64,000 bases of DNA from a virus (taxonomy: Duplodnaviria; Caudoviricetes): IMG/VR virus record IMGVR_UViG_3300020331_000002, one strand, 5' to 3'. Of the stretch, positions 28,761 to 38,902 are shown in pieces. The position numbers and the translations under genes were made by a program. Numbering within the stretch: position 1 is the first letter of the stretch; each line of letters opens with the position of its first letter. The notes beneath the pieces were generated by a model. The model searched no databases. It was not told the DNA's origin and saw only the letters and a program-made list of their open reading frames with translations.

Positions 28761-29263
28761 CTACTATACTCCACACAAGTATGGTCTAAGCCGACCAAGT
28801 AGGTATCAATAATGAATTCAACTATGCGCCAGTCACCGCCGGCAAGACCGCAGCCGATTTGAGGGTATGCAATTCGTATCGGCGGCACTCCGTTAGCTTC
28901 GCGTTCAGCGGCAGAGTCACGTAAATCATTACCCAACTCCCTAAAGAAGTCAACCAAAGCAGTGTAGTCGACAGGACAGTCTTCAGGTGAAGTTCGCGGG
29001 GCGTACTGTGTGTAAGCATTAAGGACAACAAACTCGTGATCGTTTATTGTTAACATCGCAGCCGAAAAGCTGCCTAGCTTAGAACGATCACCTTTTTCAG
29101 TCTGTTCTTTATCAGCTTGCAGCACTGCTTGCCAGCCAGGTCGTCGTGCTATTTGACCCGCTATACCGGAGCCCATCGCATGCAGACAATTACAGCCGTG
29201 AACCATAATGTCGAACTGCGCGTTCTCCATCATTTCGAGTAAATCACCTTTAACTTTTTTCAT
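28757..29263 (-). CDS. Macro domain protein (ADP-ribose binding/hydrolase)
   Basis: KGDLL..VHGCNC..MGSGIA..NAYTQ..IAYPQIGCGLAGGDW macrodomain motifs. Confidence 0.9.
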   Translation of the reverse strand: MKKVKGDLLEMMENAQFDIMVHGCNCLHAMGSGIAGQIARRPGWQAVLQADKEQTEKGDRSKLGSFSAAMLTINDHEFVVLNAYTQYAPRTSPEDCPVDYTALVDFFRELGNDLRDSAAEREANGVPPIRIAYPQIGCGLAGGDWRIVEFIIDTYLVGLDHTCVEYSR

Positions 29264-29525
29264 ACTTCACCTTTTCTAAGTACGCTTCGTACTCAATTTC
29301 ATCTATATAGACAAATACACTGCCTTCTTGTACGGCAAGTCCATAGTCAGCCAAGTTGTCGGCTACACTATGTTGTAATTCGTCTCCGCCCCAAATCAAC
29401 GCAACTAAGTAGGCTTGAAACCACATAAAGCGTTCTTCAGGGTCATTAATCCACAGCCATACAAAGGCTTCAGTATTACTGAGCTCGTCGTATTTCTTGA
29501 CTGACCGATGCTTCTTCTTGCTCAT
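29250..29525 (-). CDS. Hypothetical protein
   Basis: 91-aa coupled ORF. Confidence 0.6.
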   Translation of the reverse strand: MSKKKHRSVKKYDELSNTEAFVWLWINDPEERFMWFQAYLVALIWGGDELQHSVADNLADYGLAVQEGSVFVYIDEIEYEAYLEKVKYEKS

Positions 29526-29872
29526 GGCACGTACATTGTATCAACGGTAAACCCACACTCGTTGCTCAACACAGCAAGAAATTCAACAAGCATAGGATCC
29601 AACAATTCATCAGCGGTGGCCGGAACAACCATTGTCTCGCCACTGATTGTTTCTTCTTTACCTAGGTAAACACCAACGATAAAAGGAGGCTCACCAAAAT
29701 GTCTACCTTCGACTTTTAAGTCAGTAACGAACAGCCTTTCGCCGGCACATAAGTTATGGGACAGAAATAAACTGATCGTGTTGCGAAGCTCAGACATGTT
29801 CGGTCTTATCTCTGTCACTTCACGCACGTACTCAGTGGAGTACCTGTTCTTCTTGCTAATTTTAGCTGACAT
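29522..29872 (-). CDS. Hypothetical protein
   Basis: Start moved to MSAKISKK (29872, GGGGA RBS) from the track's 29917. Confidence 0.55.
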   Translation of the reverse strand: MSAKISKKNRYSTEYVREVTEIRPNMSELRNTISLFLSHNLCAGERLFVTDLKVEGRHFGEPPFIVGVYLGKEETISGETMVVPATADELLDPMLVEFLAVLSNECGFTVDTMYVP

Positions 29873-30176
29873 TGCTTTCCCCTTTGTAACGCCACACAAC
29901 ACGCGTATCGCGGTCATAAACTGCGTCTTTTGTTTTTAAAACTACATTATTGCCATCACGCACCGCAACACCGTCGGCAACTTCGCCAGAACTAGAGATC
30001 ACTTCAATCTCACTATCGTCTAAAGGAATTGCAAACGGGAAAGTATCATAAGCTGCGGTATAAGAACTGATTGATTGCATGGATCGCGCTCCGGTATATA
30101 GATCACTGAATACGCGCCGACTTACGACGGCGTCGTAAACAAGTCGGTTAATTTGAGTCAGTAAGTTGGTCTGCAT
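29862..30176 (-). CDS. Hypothetical protein
   Basis: 104 aa; fills the operon gap. Confidence 0.5.
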   Translation of the reverse strand: MQTNLLTQINRLVYDAVVSRRVFSDLYTGARSMQSISSYTAAYDTFPFAIPLDDSEIEVISSSGEVADGVAVRDGNNVVLKTKDAVYDRDTRVVWRYKGESNVS

Positions 30177-30525
30177 AGTTGCGGTAGTGCTCGTATGAAG
30201 CCTGCATGTTTTCAGCGCCGATTGGGTTCCTGGTATGAATCATGATCGGCGGTAGCGGTAGTTCAGCGGCAATATACTCCTCACACATGAATTTAAGACA
30301 GTCGTGTCCTGTGCGTTCTACTCTGCGGCCTCGGCCTTCTTTAAAATCTTGTATATCGTGGTCAAAGCTATAAACACACTCTTCCTCTGACTGCACCACA
30401 TCAAGAACAGCATCTACGAAGTCATCGTACGTGCGCACTACTGTCCATTCAACATCTTGCCATAATGAAACCCACACTACGTCAGCAACATTGCGTTCGT
30501 CGTCTAAGAATATGCCTTTACGCAT
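30148..30525 (-). CDS. Cyclic-phosphate processing receiver-like domain protein
   Basis: IFLDDER, SFDHD and HTRNPIGAENM motifs characteristic of this stand-alone phage receiver-like family. Confidence 0.75.
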   Translation of the reverse strand: MRKGIFLDDERNVADVVWVSLWQDVEWTVVRTYDDFVDAVLDVVQSEEECVYSFDHDIQDFKEGRGRRVERTGHDCLKFMCEEYIAAELPLPPIMIHTRNPIGAENMQASYEHYRNYADQLTDSN

Positions 30526-30554
30526 ATAATTTCATCCTTTTTATACTTTTTTAT

Positions 30555-30582
30555 ATTGTAGCATCTGGGAAAAGTTTTACAA
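30555..30582 (-). promoter_or_regulatory. Sigma70-type promoter with extended -10
   Basis: TTGTAA-N16-TACAAT with TG at -15/-14; heads the operon starting at 30525. Confidence 0.65.
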
Positions 30583-30635
30583 GTAGAAAACACAAATGAA
30601 AAACTTTTATTTGTTGTGTGAAAACGAAAGATGAA

Positions 30636-30657
30636 GAAAGGGGCAATTGCCCCTTTC
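30636..30657 (-). terminator. Intrinsic terminator after clpA
   Basis: Perfect palindrome GAAAGGGGCAATTGCCCCTTTC with a pyrimidine tail. Confidence 0.8.
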
Positions 30658-30659
30658 AA

Positions 30660-32915
30660 TTATTCTGCGCTGGCTTCTTCTTGCTTGGCTCGCTGCGCTT
30701 TGCGATCTAATGTCACGTTAACCACTAGTTCGTTATTAGCAACTTCTAAGCGCACAATACCGCCTTCGGTTAACTTACCGTACAAGACTTCCTTGGCAAT
30801 CGGCTTACGGACCGCAGTCTTAAACAAGCGTTTAAGAGGTCGTGCACCGTACTTATCGTCAATCCCGTTGTCACGCAACCAACGAGTAGCGTCAGGTGTT
30901 ACGGATACTTGGATATTCTTAGTACTCAAGTCTTGATTTAACTCAGTAATGTACGTTTTAAGGATTCGATTAATGCTAATCTCGTCGAGCGGTGCAAACA
31001 CGTGAATATCATCAACACGGTTAATCAGTTCCGGCTTAAAGAAGCGTTTCACTTCCGCGTCAATTTCTGATGTCATGTTTGCACTGCTAGATGCAAAGCC
31101 TATACGACTGCCGCTTGCTTTGGCTGCGCCCGGGTTACCGGTATAAAAGATAACCGTATTAGAGAAGTCTGCGACTACGCCTGACGACGACGTAAGCTTA
31201 CCGTGATCATGTATCTGTAAAAATAAATCATATACGCTTCGGTGCGCTTTTTCAGATTCATCCATCAGTATTACGCAAACAGGGTTTTCAGATACTTCTG
31301 TAACCAACTTACCATTCTTGTAGCGACCTTCGCCGTGGCCCTTATAGCCAGGAGGTGCGCCAATTAGTAACGCGTCGGAGTGTTCAGCTGAATACTCACT
31401 CATATCGTAGCGCAGTAACGGCACGCCCCATTCTTCCGCAAGTACTTTCACCAGGTGTGTTTTACCAGTACCTGTGATACCAGCAATAATACCACCGTAA
31501 ATAGGTCCTTCGGAATTGTCAAGGCCAGCTTTGCGCGTTTCAATAGCTTCAACCACTGTGTCAATAACATCGTCATGCCCAAACACACGATCCTTAACAC
31601 GGGCAGCAAGTGTCGACATGCTGTCACTGTCGTTTGCTGTTAAGTCTTTTTCAGGAATGCCTGTAGTCAAACTTAGTGCGCGAGTGATGTTCTCGTCGGT
31701 TACTTCGTCTTGACCTTTAATCTTAGCGTTAATCATCGCTAAATCAAGTAGGTCAAAACTTCTGTCCGGGTTGTGCTTTTGTTGCACATATTTGGTAGCC
31801 AAATCAACCAGCTTCGGTAAGGCGGCCATGTTAAACGACACGTTATGAAAGTCTTCGTACGAGAACAGGCTCTGGGCAAGTATACGCACAGTTTCATCAC
31901 GTGATGGCTCAGGCACATCAACTAATGCAAAGCGGCGCACAAGTGCTCTATCACTTTCAATTTGTTCGTAATACTCAGCGTTAGTAGTAGCGCCGATTAC
32001 TTTAATTTCACCGTTTGCTAGTTTAGGCTTAAGCATATTGCCCAAGTCAAGCGCTGAATCTTTAGTTTGTCCAGCTGACATCGCAGAGTGCATCTCGTCA
32101 ATAAACAAGATAACTTTGTCCTTAGAACACAGCTCGTCAATAATTGACTTAATACGTTCTTCAGCATCACCACGGAACTTGGTACCTGCCATCAGGGCAG
32201 CAACATCAAGTGAATAAATTTCGTAGTCTTTTAGTGAATCTGGAATTTCACCGTCTACAATTCGTTTAGCCAGGCCTTCGACGATTGCTGTTTTACCAAC
32301 GCCGGCTTCGCCTGTCAAAATTGCGTTTGACTTTTTGCGACGTCCTAGCACGTGAACTAGTTGATCAATAATGTCGTCGCGACCGACAAGCGGATCAATT
32401 TTCTCAGCTTGTTCAGTCAAGTTTACACAGTATGCGCCTAAAGGATCAGTTACGTTTGATCCAGTACCAGTTCCGGATTGAAGGGCAGGCTCCAGGATTT
32501 CTAAAATCTTTTCACGAGTAACGCCATGCTTTTTAAGATATGCGGCCGAGTGCGAACGCTCTTCGGTAACCATCATTAATACTAGCGATACAAGTGTCAA
32601 ATCAGAATTGCCTGAAATCGCGTCTTGTGCTGATGCACGACGGATAAGTTCAATTAGGCGCTTGGATTCTTTGGGTTCAATGTCAGTGCCAGTCCATGGT
32701 GAGCGTAGCGACTCGCTTGACAAATAAGTTTCAACATCAGTGATAAGGCCGTTAAGCGTGCCTTTACAGCGCGTAACTAAATCAGTGAATGTTTTTTCTT
32801 GTGTAAGGGATAAGAGCAAATGCTCGGTAAGTAGGTATTCGTGATAGCGGCTAACCGCCTCGTTTGTAGCGCGTTCCATAACACGCTTGATGAACTGTAA
32901 GTCTTTATCAGCCAT
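30660..32915 (-). CDS. clpA: ATP-dependent Clp protease ATPase subunit ClpA
   Basis: Clp N-domain (TEHLLLSL); NBD1 [13 protein letters not shown]; NBD2 [16 protein letters not shown]; ClpP-docking IGF loop (SRIGFA); no ClpB M-domain. Confidence 0.9.
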   Translation of the reverse strand: MADKDLQFIKRVMERATNEAVSRYHEYLLTEHLLLSLTQEKTFTDLVTRCKGTLNGLITDVETYLSSESLRSPWTGTDIEPKESKRLIELIRRASAQDAISGNSDLTLVSLVLMMVTEERSHSAAYLKKHGVTREKILEILEPALQSGTGTGSNVTDPLGAYCVNLTEQAEKIDPLVGRDDIIDQLVHVLGRRKKSNAILTGEAGVGKTAIVEGLAKRIVDGEIPDSLKDYEIYSLDVAALMAGTKFRGDAEERIKSIIDELCSKDKVILFIDEMHSAMSAGQTKDSALDLGNMLKPKLANGEIKVIGATTNAEYYEQIESDRALVRRFALVDVPEPSRDETVRILAQSLFSYEDFHNVSFNMAALPKLVDLATKYVQQKHNPDRSFDLLDLAMINAKIKGQDEVTDENITRALSLTTGIPEKDLTANDSDSMSTLAARVKDRVFGHDDVIDTVVEAIETRKAGLDNSEGPIYGGIIAGITGTGKTHLVKVLAEEWGVPLLRYDMSEYSAEHSDALLIGAPPGYKGHGEGRYKNGKLVTEVSENPVCVILMDESEKAHRSVYDLFLQIHDHGKLTSSSGVVADFSNTVIFYTGNPGAAKASGSRIGFASSSANMTSEIDAEVKRFFKPELINRVDDIHVFAPLDEISINRILKTYITELNQDLSTKNIQVSVTPDATRWLRDNGIDDKYGARPLKRLFKTAVRKPIAKEVLYGKLTEGGIVRLEVANNELVVNVTLDRKAQRAKQEEASAE

Positions 32916-32940
32916 ATTTTGCTCCTTGTGTTTAATCTAT

Positions 32941-33330
32941 TTATTCACCCGATTGTGAATTATTCTGTATTTGTTGCTCATATGCTTTTATCACAGCTTG
33001 CTGGTCCTTAATATAACGTAATAAGTCAGCGGTGTTATACGACAGATTTTCATAGTCCTTTGCACTCAATACAAAGTACGCTTGATCGTCTGTCATATTA
33101 TCAGTTAAGTCAACCATAATAGCCCGGTTGGCAACCTTGAATTCGACTGCGGCCATATTAACTGGCTCGGGTCTGCCGAACGTGCCGTATATAGGGCATA
33201 TAGCGTCACTGACGTCCACAGTCTGCGTCTGTTCCTCATCCGTTAAAGTACAAGCCGGCGTCGTAAGAATAATTCCTACGGTTATACCGAGCACGATAAT
33301 AGACTTCACACCGTTATTCAGTTTCTTCAT
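32941..33330 (-). CDS. Outer-membrane spanin (Rz1-like lipoprotein)
   Basis: Signal peptide with lipobox-like TPA-C; C-terminal LSAKDYENLSYN..LLRYIKDQQAVIKAYE helix; directly downstream of the i-spanin candidate. Confidence 0.65.
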   Translation of the reverse strand: MKKLNNGVKSIIVLGITVGIILTTPACTLTDEEQTQTVDVSDAICPIYGTFGRPEPVNMAAVEFKVANRAIMVDLTDNMTDDQAYFVLSAKDYENLSYNTADLLRYIKDQQAVIKAYEQQIQNNSQSGE

Positions 33331-33763
33331 CGATTTTAGTCACTTCTTCAATGTCAGTACCCAGCTTAGCTATGGCTCGATTTACTCGAGTTTCTATTAA
33401 GCCTGGCTTTTTGCTGGCTAGATATTCAAGGTCATGTTTACGCAACACATCTTTGATCTTGTTCTGTTCAGCTACGTTTTCGTTATACAGTTCACGTAAC
33501 TCAGAATGCTGTTTCAACAGTTGCTCAACTTTGGTTGCTTGGACCCCAAGCCGTTTGACTAAGTTTTCATTCTTATTTGTAACATTAGTGATTTCGGTTG
33601 TCAAGGTATTAACTTCTTTTTGTAACTCAGTGTTATCTTCAATTACAGAAGTTAAGTACGAGTAGCCAAGGTAAACAGCAAACAGAACACCCGCAAAGGC
33701 GGCGAGCACGGCTATTGTACCCCAAGTCTTTTTAGATCCTAATGCGGCGAGTCCTGCTAACAT
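33314..33763 (-). CDS. Inner-membrane spanin (Rz-like)
   Basis: N-terminal TM helix, long coiled coil, KHDL..LA.KKPGLIE.RVN motif. Confidence 0.65.
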   Translation of the reverse strand: MLAGLAALGSKKTWGTIAVLAAFAGVLFAVYLGYSYLTSVIEDNTELQKEVNTLTTEITNVTNKNENLVKRLGVQATKVEQLLKQHSELRELYNENVAEQNKIKDVLRKHDLEYLASKKPGLIETRVNRAIAKLGTDIEEVTKIDEETE

Positions 33764-33764
33764 G

Positions 33765-34499
33765 TTATCCGTTCCTTGTTACTTTAAGACAGTGGTTGTC
33801 ATCGTTAACCACTAATATATGCGAGTCGCCCGTGCCGAATACAGAATAGCTGGCACCTAGCGAGCGCTCTAAGAATACTATATCAGTACCGCTCGAAAAC
33901 GGTGATACCTGACTATGAAATCCTTTAAAGTCGCCTTCATCGACAACACGATAAGAACTCCCCTCCAACGAGAATGTAGATTTCTTCGTAGTTGTACGGC
34001 TAGCGGCTTTAGCAAGAAACTTGGCTATTGCGGCTTGGCCTTTGTTAGCCAAATACTTTTTGTGAGTCATGTACTTATCAGGATCGAGAGGTAAGTCAGC
34101 ATATGGATGTCCTGGGCGGTATTGCTTAACTTCGCCTGTCATATAAAAACTAAGACTCCATTTCACCTTATCAGTCATATTTTCAATGTCGGCAATCATC
34201 TCGTCAAAGTTCTTCCAAAAGTCACGATCACGTCTATACTCAACGTGCACTTTCCACATGTTGTTGGTGTCGCTAAGTTCAGTGAACTCTGTATCAATCG
34301 TATCATACGGCGACATTTCAATAAACATTGCAAAATCACGAGCGGCAGCTTCGTCTACTACATTAAACGTCACTACTACCACTTCTTCAGGTGTCCCTGA
34401 CTTGGGCTTAAAGGAATCAATTAGAATGACCGGATCAACCATATGCTCAAGTTGATGGCGTCTAAACCTTTCGTTTAACTGTCTTTTTTTATACTTCAT
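33765..34499 (-). CDS. Conserved hypothetical phage protein
   Basis: Start moved to MKYKK (34499); IDSFKPKSG..VVVVTFNV..AA.D..FIE pattern. Confidence 0.65.
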   Translation of the reverse strand: MKYKKRQLNERFRRHQLEHMVDPVILIDSFKPKSGTPEEVVVVTFNVVDEAAARDFAMFIEMSPYDTIDTEFTELSDTNNMWKVHVEYRRDRDFWKNFDEMIADIENMTDKVKWSLSFYMTGEVKQYRPGHPYADLPLDPDKYMTHKKYLANKGQAAIAKFLAKAASRTTTKKSTFSLEGSSYRVVDEGDFKGFHSQVSPFSSGTDIVFLERSLGASYSVFGTGDSHILVVNDDNHCLKVTRNG

Positions 34500-35034
34500 C
34501 GTCGCCTTCATCCTGTGTTGGTTCCTGGTCATCATCGATGTCGTCATCGCCAAATATGTCATCAGTGTCGTCGATTTTCTCATCTCGATAATCAACGCCG
34601 CTTAGCGCAGTAGACAGATTTAAGTAATCAGCAATGTTGCTGGCAATTAGACGTTTGGGGAATTTCAAATCAACTACTGATACCCTATAAAGCTCGCTCT
34701 TAATCGGAGCAGTAGGATTATCGTCAAACTCTTCAGCAGTCGGTACACCTGTCATATTGAACGCTTCGTTTCGCAGGGTATACTTAATGCCGAACTTCTC
34801 CAAACGCGGCAGGCCCTTTACATCAGGCGGCCTAGACTTGGGGTACATAATAGACACGTCAACCCAGTACTCTGTGATCTCAGGCCCTGCTATAACTTCG
34901 CCTTCTTCCCAGTTCTCATACGCATAGACACCGGTCTCGCCAAGGATACTCTCGCACTCTAGCAAGTAATCCATAGCAGTAATGTCGCCCATAATATACT
35001 GGTAGTTTTGTTGTAATGAATCAAATTCTATCAT
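34489..35034 (-). CDS. Conserved hypothetical phage protein, acidic C-terminus
   Basis: 181 aa; VYAYENW.EGE...GPEI..YWV..MYP..PD pattern; preceded by TAAATA. Confidence 0.65.
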   Translation of the reverse strand: MIEFDSLQQNYQYIMGDITAMDYLLECESILGETGVYAYENWEEGEVIAGPEITEYWVDVSIMYPKSRPPDVKGLPRLEKFGIKYTLRNEAFNMTGVPTAEEFDDNPTAPIKSELYRVSVVDLKFPKRLIASNIADYLNLSTALSGVDYRDEKIDDTDDIFGDDDIDDDQEPTQDEGDDEV

Positions 35035-35059
35035 TATATCGCCTGTTTAGTCTTTACCA

Positions 35060-35122
35060 TATTTAGTGCTTGAGCAAATGTAAAGAAAGATTAATCTACA
35101 AAATGGATTCTGGTCGTAAATA
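35060..35122. promoter_or_regulatory. Divergent pair of TAAATA motifs (minus 35060-35065, plus 35117-35122)
   Basis: Each is oriented toward the adjacent gene (34489..35034 and phoH). Confidence 0.45.
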
Positions 35123-35259
35123 CTTTTGAACACTACGGTGTTCAAGGAACCCCGGATGATAGTAAATTCATATACTTACAATCCATGCAACACGCCAAAG
35201 ACTCTTGTTACTAGAACGAAGGGTCACCACTTCTTTAACCCTAATAAAGGAACTATTTT

Positions 35260-36015
35260 ATGGCAAAACAGGCTAAGTACGACCAAAATTCAACCAAGCA
35301 CGGTAAACATAATCAAAAAGCAACTGTTTACGATATAAACTCGCTTACTAAGAAGAGCCCGCCGTCTACTAAAGACGTGCGTCCGATTCCTAGAAACGTT
35401 GCTCAGGAAGAATACGTACAATACCTCAATAACGAAAGCGTTCGTCTAGTTTTCGGCACAGGGCCTGCAGGTACCGGTAAAACACTACTAGCTACACTGA
35501 AGGCAATTCAACTATTTTTAGAAGGCCATGTTACCAAAATTATCATTACTCGCCCTGCTGTGGCAGTAGACGGAGAATCACACGGTTTCCTACCTGGCGA
35601 TATATTCGCTAAATTAGAGCCGTGGACAAAACCTATCTTGGATGTATTTTTAAAGTTCTTTTCACATTCCCAGATAGCAGATATGATCGACACCGATGTT
35701 TTAGAAATTTGCCCGCTTGGTTTCATGCGTGGCAGAACATTTGATAACGCGGTGCTTTTACTTGACGAAGCACAAAACTCAACTGACGTACAGATGAAAA
35801 TGTTCTTAACTCGTATAGGTACCGGCACGCGTGCGTTTATTACAGGTGACTTAGAACAAAGTGACCGCGAAAAAGGCATCAACGGCCTAGAAGACTTTGC
35901 ACGCCGAGCTAACGACCGTGCACCGGACAGTATTAAGTTCGTTAATTTTCAACGCAAAGACGTGGAGCGTGATGCGATTGTAGAGACTGTATTGGCGCTA
36001 TACGAAGACGAGTAA
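35260..36015 (+). CDS. phoH: PhoH-family ATPase
   Basis: GPAGTGKT, IIITRPAV, GFLPG, FMRGRTF, DEAQN, TRIG..GDLEQSD motifs. Confidence 0.95.
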   Translation: MAKQAKYDQNSTKHGKHNQKATVYDINSLTKKSPPSTKDVRPIPRNVAQEEYVQYLNNESVRLVFGTGPAGTGKTLLATLKAIQLFLEGHVTKIIITRPAVAVDGESHGFLPGDIFAKLEPWTKPILDVFLKFFSHSQIADMIDTDVLEICPLGFMRGRTFDNAVLLLDEAQNSTDVQMKMFLTRIGTGTRAFITGDLEQSDREKGINGLEDFARRANDRAPDSIKFVNFQRKDVERDAIVETVLALYEDE

Positions 36016-36024
36016 TATGATGTG

Positions 36025-36052
36025 AAAAAGCCGCATTTAATGCGGCTTTTTT
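36025..36052. terminator. Bidirectional intrinsic terminator between phoH and the HAD gene
   Basis: AAAAAGCCGCATTTAATGCGGCTTTTTT between convergent genes. Confidence 0.9.
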
Positions 36053-36066
36053 GTCTTTGGATTTTA

Positions 36067-36669
36067 TTATGCTGCGGCCGCGTCTACTGCGCCAATCACA
36101 TCAGACCAGCTATTGACAACCGGAAATTTGTCTACATGTACGCCGCTGTTATACTCTTGATAAAAGTTTAAAACTTTTAAGCCATATTCGTGCGCTGCTA
36201 GTGCATGTTTTAGATGATCTTCTACATAAAACAAACCAGTGTCTTTATAATGGTCAAACGCTTCTTCTTTGTGGTGGTGAATATCCACAGCCCAAAGCTT
36301 GTCAAAATCAAAGGCGACCGCGCCAAACACAGCGGTAAGATTATCGATGCGATGTTGACGTGTTTCAGGTGACGTTCCCATTAACGTAATAGGCACAAGC
36401 GTATAACCGCGTTTTACTAACTCTTTGACACCTTCTACTGCGTCCAAATGTGGTTTTAGTTGTGCGAACTTATCACTGCCGTTAAACTCTTTAATGAGCG
36501 CTATGGCGTCCTGAATAGTATCTATACCTTCGAATCGGTCGTTTACGTTATAAAGGTGACCGGTATCTGGGATGGGTGTGTAGCCTTTATCAACCATCCA
36601 CTCGGTAAAGCCGCCAAACCAGTCAAGCAGGCATCCATCAACATCTGTTAAAAATAGTTTTTTACTCAT
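36067..36669 (-). CDS. HAD-superfamily 5'(3')-nucleotidase-like protein
   Basis: HAD motif I DVDGCL and C-terminal VED motif. Confidence 0.8.
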   Translation of the reverse strand: MSKKLFLTDVDGCLLDWFGGFTEWMVDKGYTPIPDTGHLYNVNDRFEGIDTIQDAIALIKEFNGSDKFAQLKPHLDAVEGVKELVKRGYTLVPITLMGTSPETRQHRIDNLTAVFGAVAFDFDKLWAVDIHHHKEEAFDHYKDTGLFYVEDHLKHALAAHEYGLKVLNFYQEYNSGVHVDKFPVVNSWSDVIGAVDAAAA

Positions 36670-37567
36670 CTGAGATTCTCTCTCTTATTATTGTTGTCAT
36701 TAAGTAGTCAACAGCTTCGTCGCTAAAAGCCGATTTAAGACGCGAATGTCGGCGAATCTTAATCGGGTCTGAAGTTTTGAGTCTGTTGTCGAGACGGCCT
36801 TCGTACAACTCACCATCCATATCCAGGCCTAAGATATGCAAACGTGATCCGGGGTTGTGTTCAAGTACTACTGACGCGAACGCTCGTTCAGCCGGAATTT
36901 CAGTAGTGCGCTTGATGCCGTGAGTCAAGTACTTCACGACACGCTCGATACGCGATGTATCTGTCACATACATGTTACCTTTGTTGAGTATTTGGCCAGG
37001 CATCATATTAGTGTTGATCCACGATACGGTGTCAACTGCCAAGCTTAAGGCAGCAATCGCGGGGTCATAACTCATTGACATCATGTCTTTTACCTTAAGC
37101 GACATCCTAGCCGTATAAGGCATGTTGCCGCAATTATTGTAAAAGTTTGTCTCAAAGTCGCCGACCACGCAGGGGTTTAACTCTCGGTACATTTCGTCGT
37201 TAAAAGCACGAACCTCGTCCAAGTACCCAACAAGGTTATACATTTTGTGTCTACTATCCATCTTACAGGAAGCAACATTGCTGGGCGGGCCGAGGCGTCT
37301 TCCAGTCGACACAAATAGCGAATTTATAGGCATCATCGGAGTAGTCCGTAGCGCGAAAATTTCGGGCTCGAGGCTGTCCCATTTACCGACAGCAATTCTA
37401 CTAGACACCATAGCGTAAGGATCCGTAAACGGCGTGTGAAAGGGACGTCTGGGCATCGCATAAATGACAGAACCATCGTTGCGTTCCAAGCCATACATTA
37501 CCCGTGGGCAATTCTTAGTTGACATGAAATGCATCTGATCCGGTACACTCATAAAGATACCCAGCAT
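36662..37567 (-). CDS. Hypothetical protein
   Basis: 301-aa coupled ORF. Confidence 0.65.
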   Translation of the reverse strand: MLGIFMSVPDQMHFMSTKNCPRVMYGLERNDGSVIYAMPRRPFHTPFTDPYAMVSSRIAVGKWDSLEPEIFALRTTPMMPINSLFVSTGRRLGPPSNVASCKMDSRHKMYNLVGYLDEVRAFNDEMYRELNPCVVGDFETNFYNNCGNMPYTARMSLKVKDMMSMSYDPAIAALSLAVDTVSWINTNMMPGQILNKGNMYVTDTSRIERVVKYLTHGIKRTTEIPAERAFASVVLEHNPGSRLHILGLDMDGELYEGRLDNRLKTSDPIKIRRHSRLKSAFSDEAVDYLMTTIIRERISDE

Positions 37568-37568
37568 A

Positions 37569-38507
37569 TTACGCGCCTTCTACTGCGAGCTCTAACTCAA
37601 CCAAAGTTGCTGCTAGATTAAGTTCAGGGTCAGCACACAGCGGTGCCTTAGCCATGCCGTTGCGCAGTGCCACAACACAGCTTCTTTCAATATTAGGATC
37701 ACCATTAGACCAGAAATTGATATTGTTATACAAAAAAGTCCAGATCTCGTCGTACTCGTTGGGCTGTGCCTTAGCGCACATCAATTTACGTCCTTCCACG
37801 TATTGCTTTTCACGGAAGTAAGCCACGGCATGTACGCGCCAGTCTTCTGTATCACCACCTTTAGACGACGGTGATTCAAGCTTGCCATTCACTGTGTTTT
37901 GTTGTAGTAAATTTAGGCACTTACGCAAGTCAGGATAAGTTGAGTCTATCACTTCGCCAAGCGCGTCTGGATCTATCTCTACTTGTTCTTCAAGCAGTAC
38001 ACGAACCGCACGCTCTTCAAACTGCGGCTTGTCTGGCTTTGAAATCTCATACTCTTGTAAACGAGATTTAAGCGCAGGAATAATGCGGTTAGGGTAGTTA
38101 CACGTCATAACGAAACGACACTGGTGTGCATATGTTTCCATCAAGTTACGAAGTGTGGCTTGTGCTTCCGGACTTAAGTGATCAGCCTCGTCAAGCAGAA
38201 TATAACTGAACTGGCTCATAAAAGGCATGTTAGATGCAAAGCCCTCAACCGTTGTTCTGATATACTCGACACCGTTTTTCAATGACGCGTTGATAATTTT
38301 GATGTTCGACTTATCCACGCCCAGCATGTTGAACAATACTTTTGCAAGTGTGGTCTTGCCGGTACCTGGACCGCCGTGGAATAGCAAGTGCGGAATGGTT
38401 TGTTCAGACACCCACTGGTGTATTTTGTTTTTGAGACTTTCGTCTTTAAGAACATACCCGTCTAAGGTAGCAGGTCGGTACTTTTCAACCCATAAATCAG
38501 TTGCCAT
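37569..38507 (-). CDS. Sliding-clamp loader AAA+ subunit (T4 gp44/RFC small-subunit-like)
   Basis: LWVEKYRP, GGPGTGKTT, LLDEADHL and CNYPNRIIPALKSR motifs. Confidence 0.92.
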   Translation of the reverse strand: MATDLWVEKYRPATLDGYVLKDESLKNKIHQWVSEQTIPHLLFHGGPGTGKTTLAKVLFNMLGVDKSNIKIINASLKNGVEYIRTTVEGFASNMPFMSQFSYILLDEADHLSPEAQATLRNLMETYAHQCRFVMTCNYPNRIIPALKSRLQEYEISKPDKPQFEERAVRVLLEEQVEIDPDALGEVIDSTYPDLRKCLNLLQQNTVNGKLESPSSKGGDTEDWRVHAVAYFREKQYVEGRKLMCAKAQPNEYDEIWTFLYNNINFWSNGDPNIERSCVVALRNGMAKAPLCADPELNLAATLVELELAVEGA

Positions 38508-38536
38508 GTGTTTGTATTCCTCTAAGGAAGGGGAGG

Positions 38537-38902
38537 TTACTCCCCTGTGTTTCTCTTGTTGTATTCATGTAATTGTGATATGGCGCGTACCACAACACGT
38601 GAAATTTCGATATCAACACCGTATGACGCAATACGCGGCACAAGCTCGCCAGCTGCTTCGCTGTCGTTGGGGACAATCTCTACCAGCTGAATAAACATGT
38701 CTTTGTCTTCATCTGAAAGAGTTTCCCAAGTAGGTTCAGCGAACGCTATGCCGTAAACGATACGTGCTATTTCGTTATTACTCAGGGGTGCTTTCAAAGA
38801 ACTCTCCCCATGATTCGTCGCCTGGATAGGTGTCTGAGACGGCGATGACTGACTTCGGATACTCGAGCATATAGACTCGTAAAGGTTCTTTAGTTTCTTC
38901 AT
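38537..38902 (-). CDS. Hypothetical protein
   Basis: As called it overlaps the groES-like gene by 125 nt; the true start may be TTG at ~38797 after GGAG. Confidence 0.5.
   Translation of the reverse strand: MKKLKNLYESICSSIRSQSSPSQTPIQATNHGESSLKAPLSNNEIARIVYGIAFAEPTWETLSDEDKDMFIQLVEIVPNDSEAAGELVPRIASYGVDIEISRVVVRAISQLHEYNKRNTGE

Noticed and set aside
30660-32915. ClpB disaggregase call
   Set aside because: No middle coiled-coil domain, and the IGF ClpP-binding loop is present, so ClpA
36662-37567. Additional member of the C-terminal tag family (FSDEAVDYLMTTII)
   Set aside because: Has only the acidic-hydrophobic helix and lacks the RLx[YHG] core
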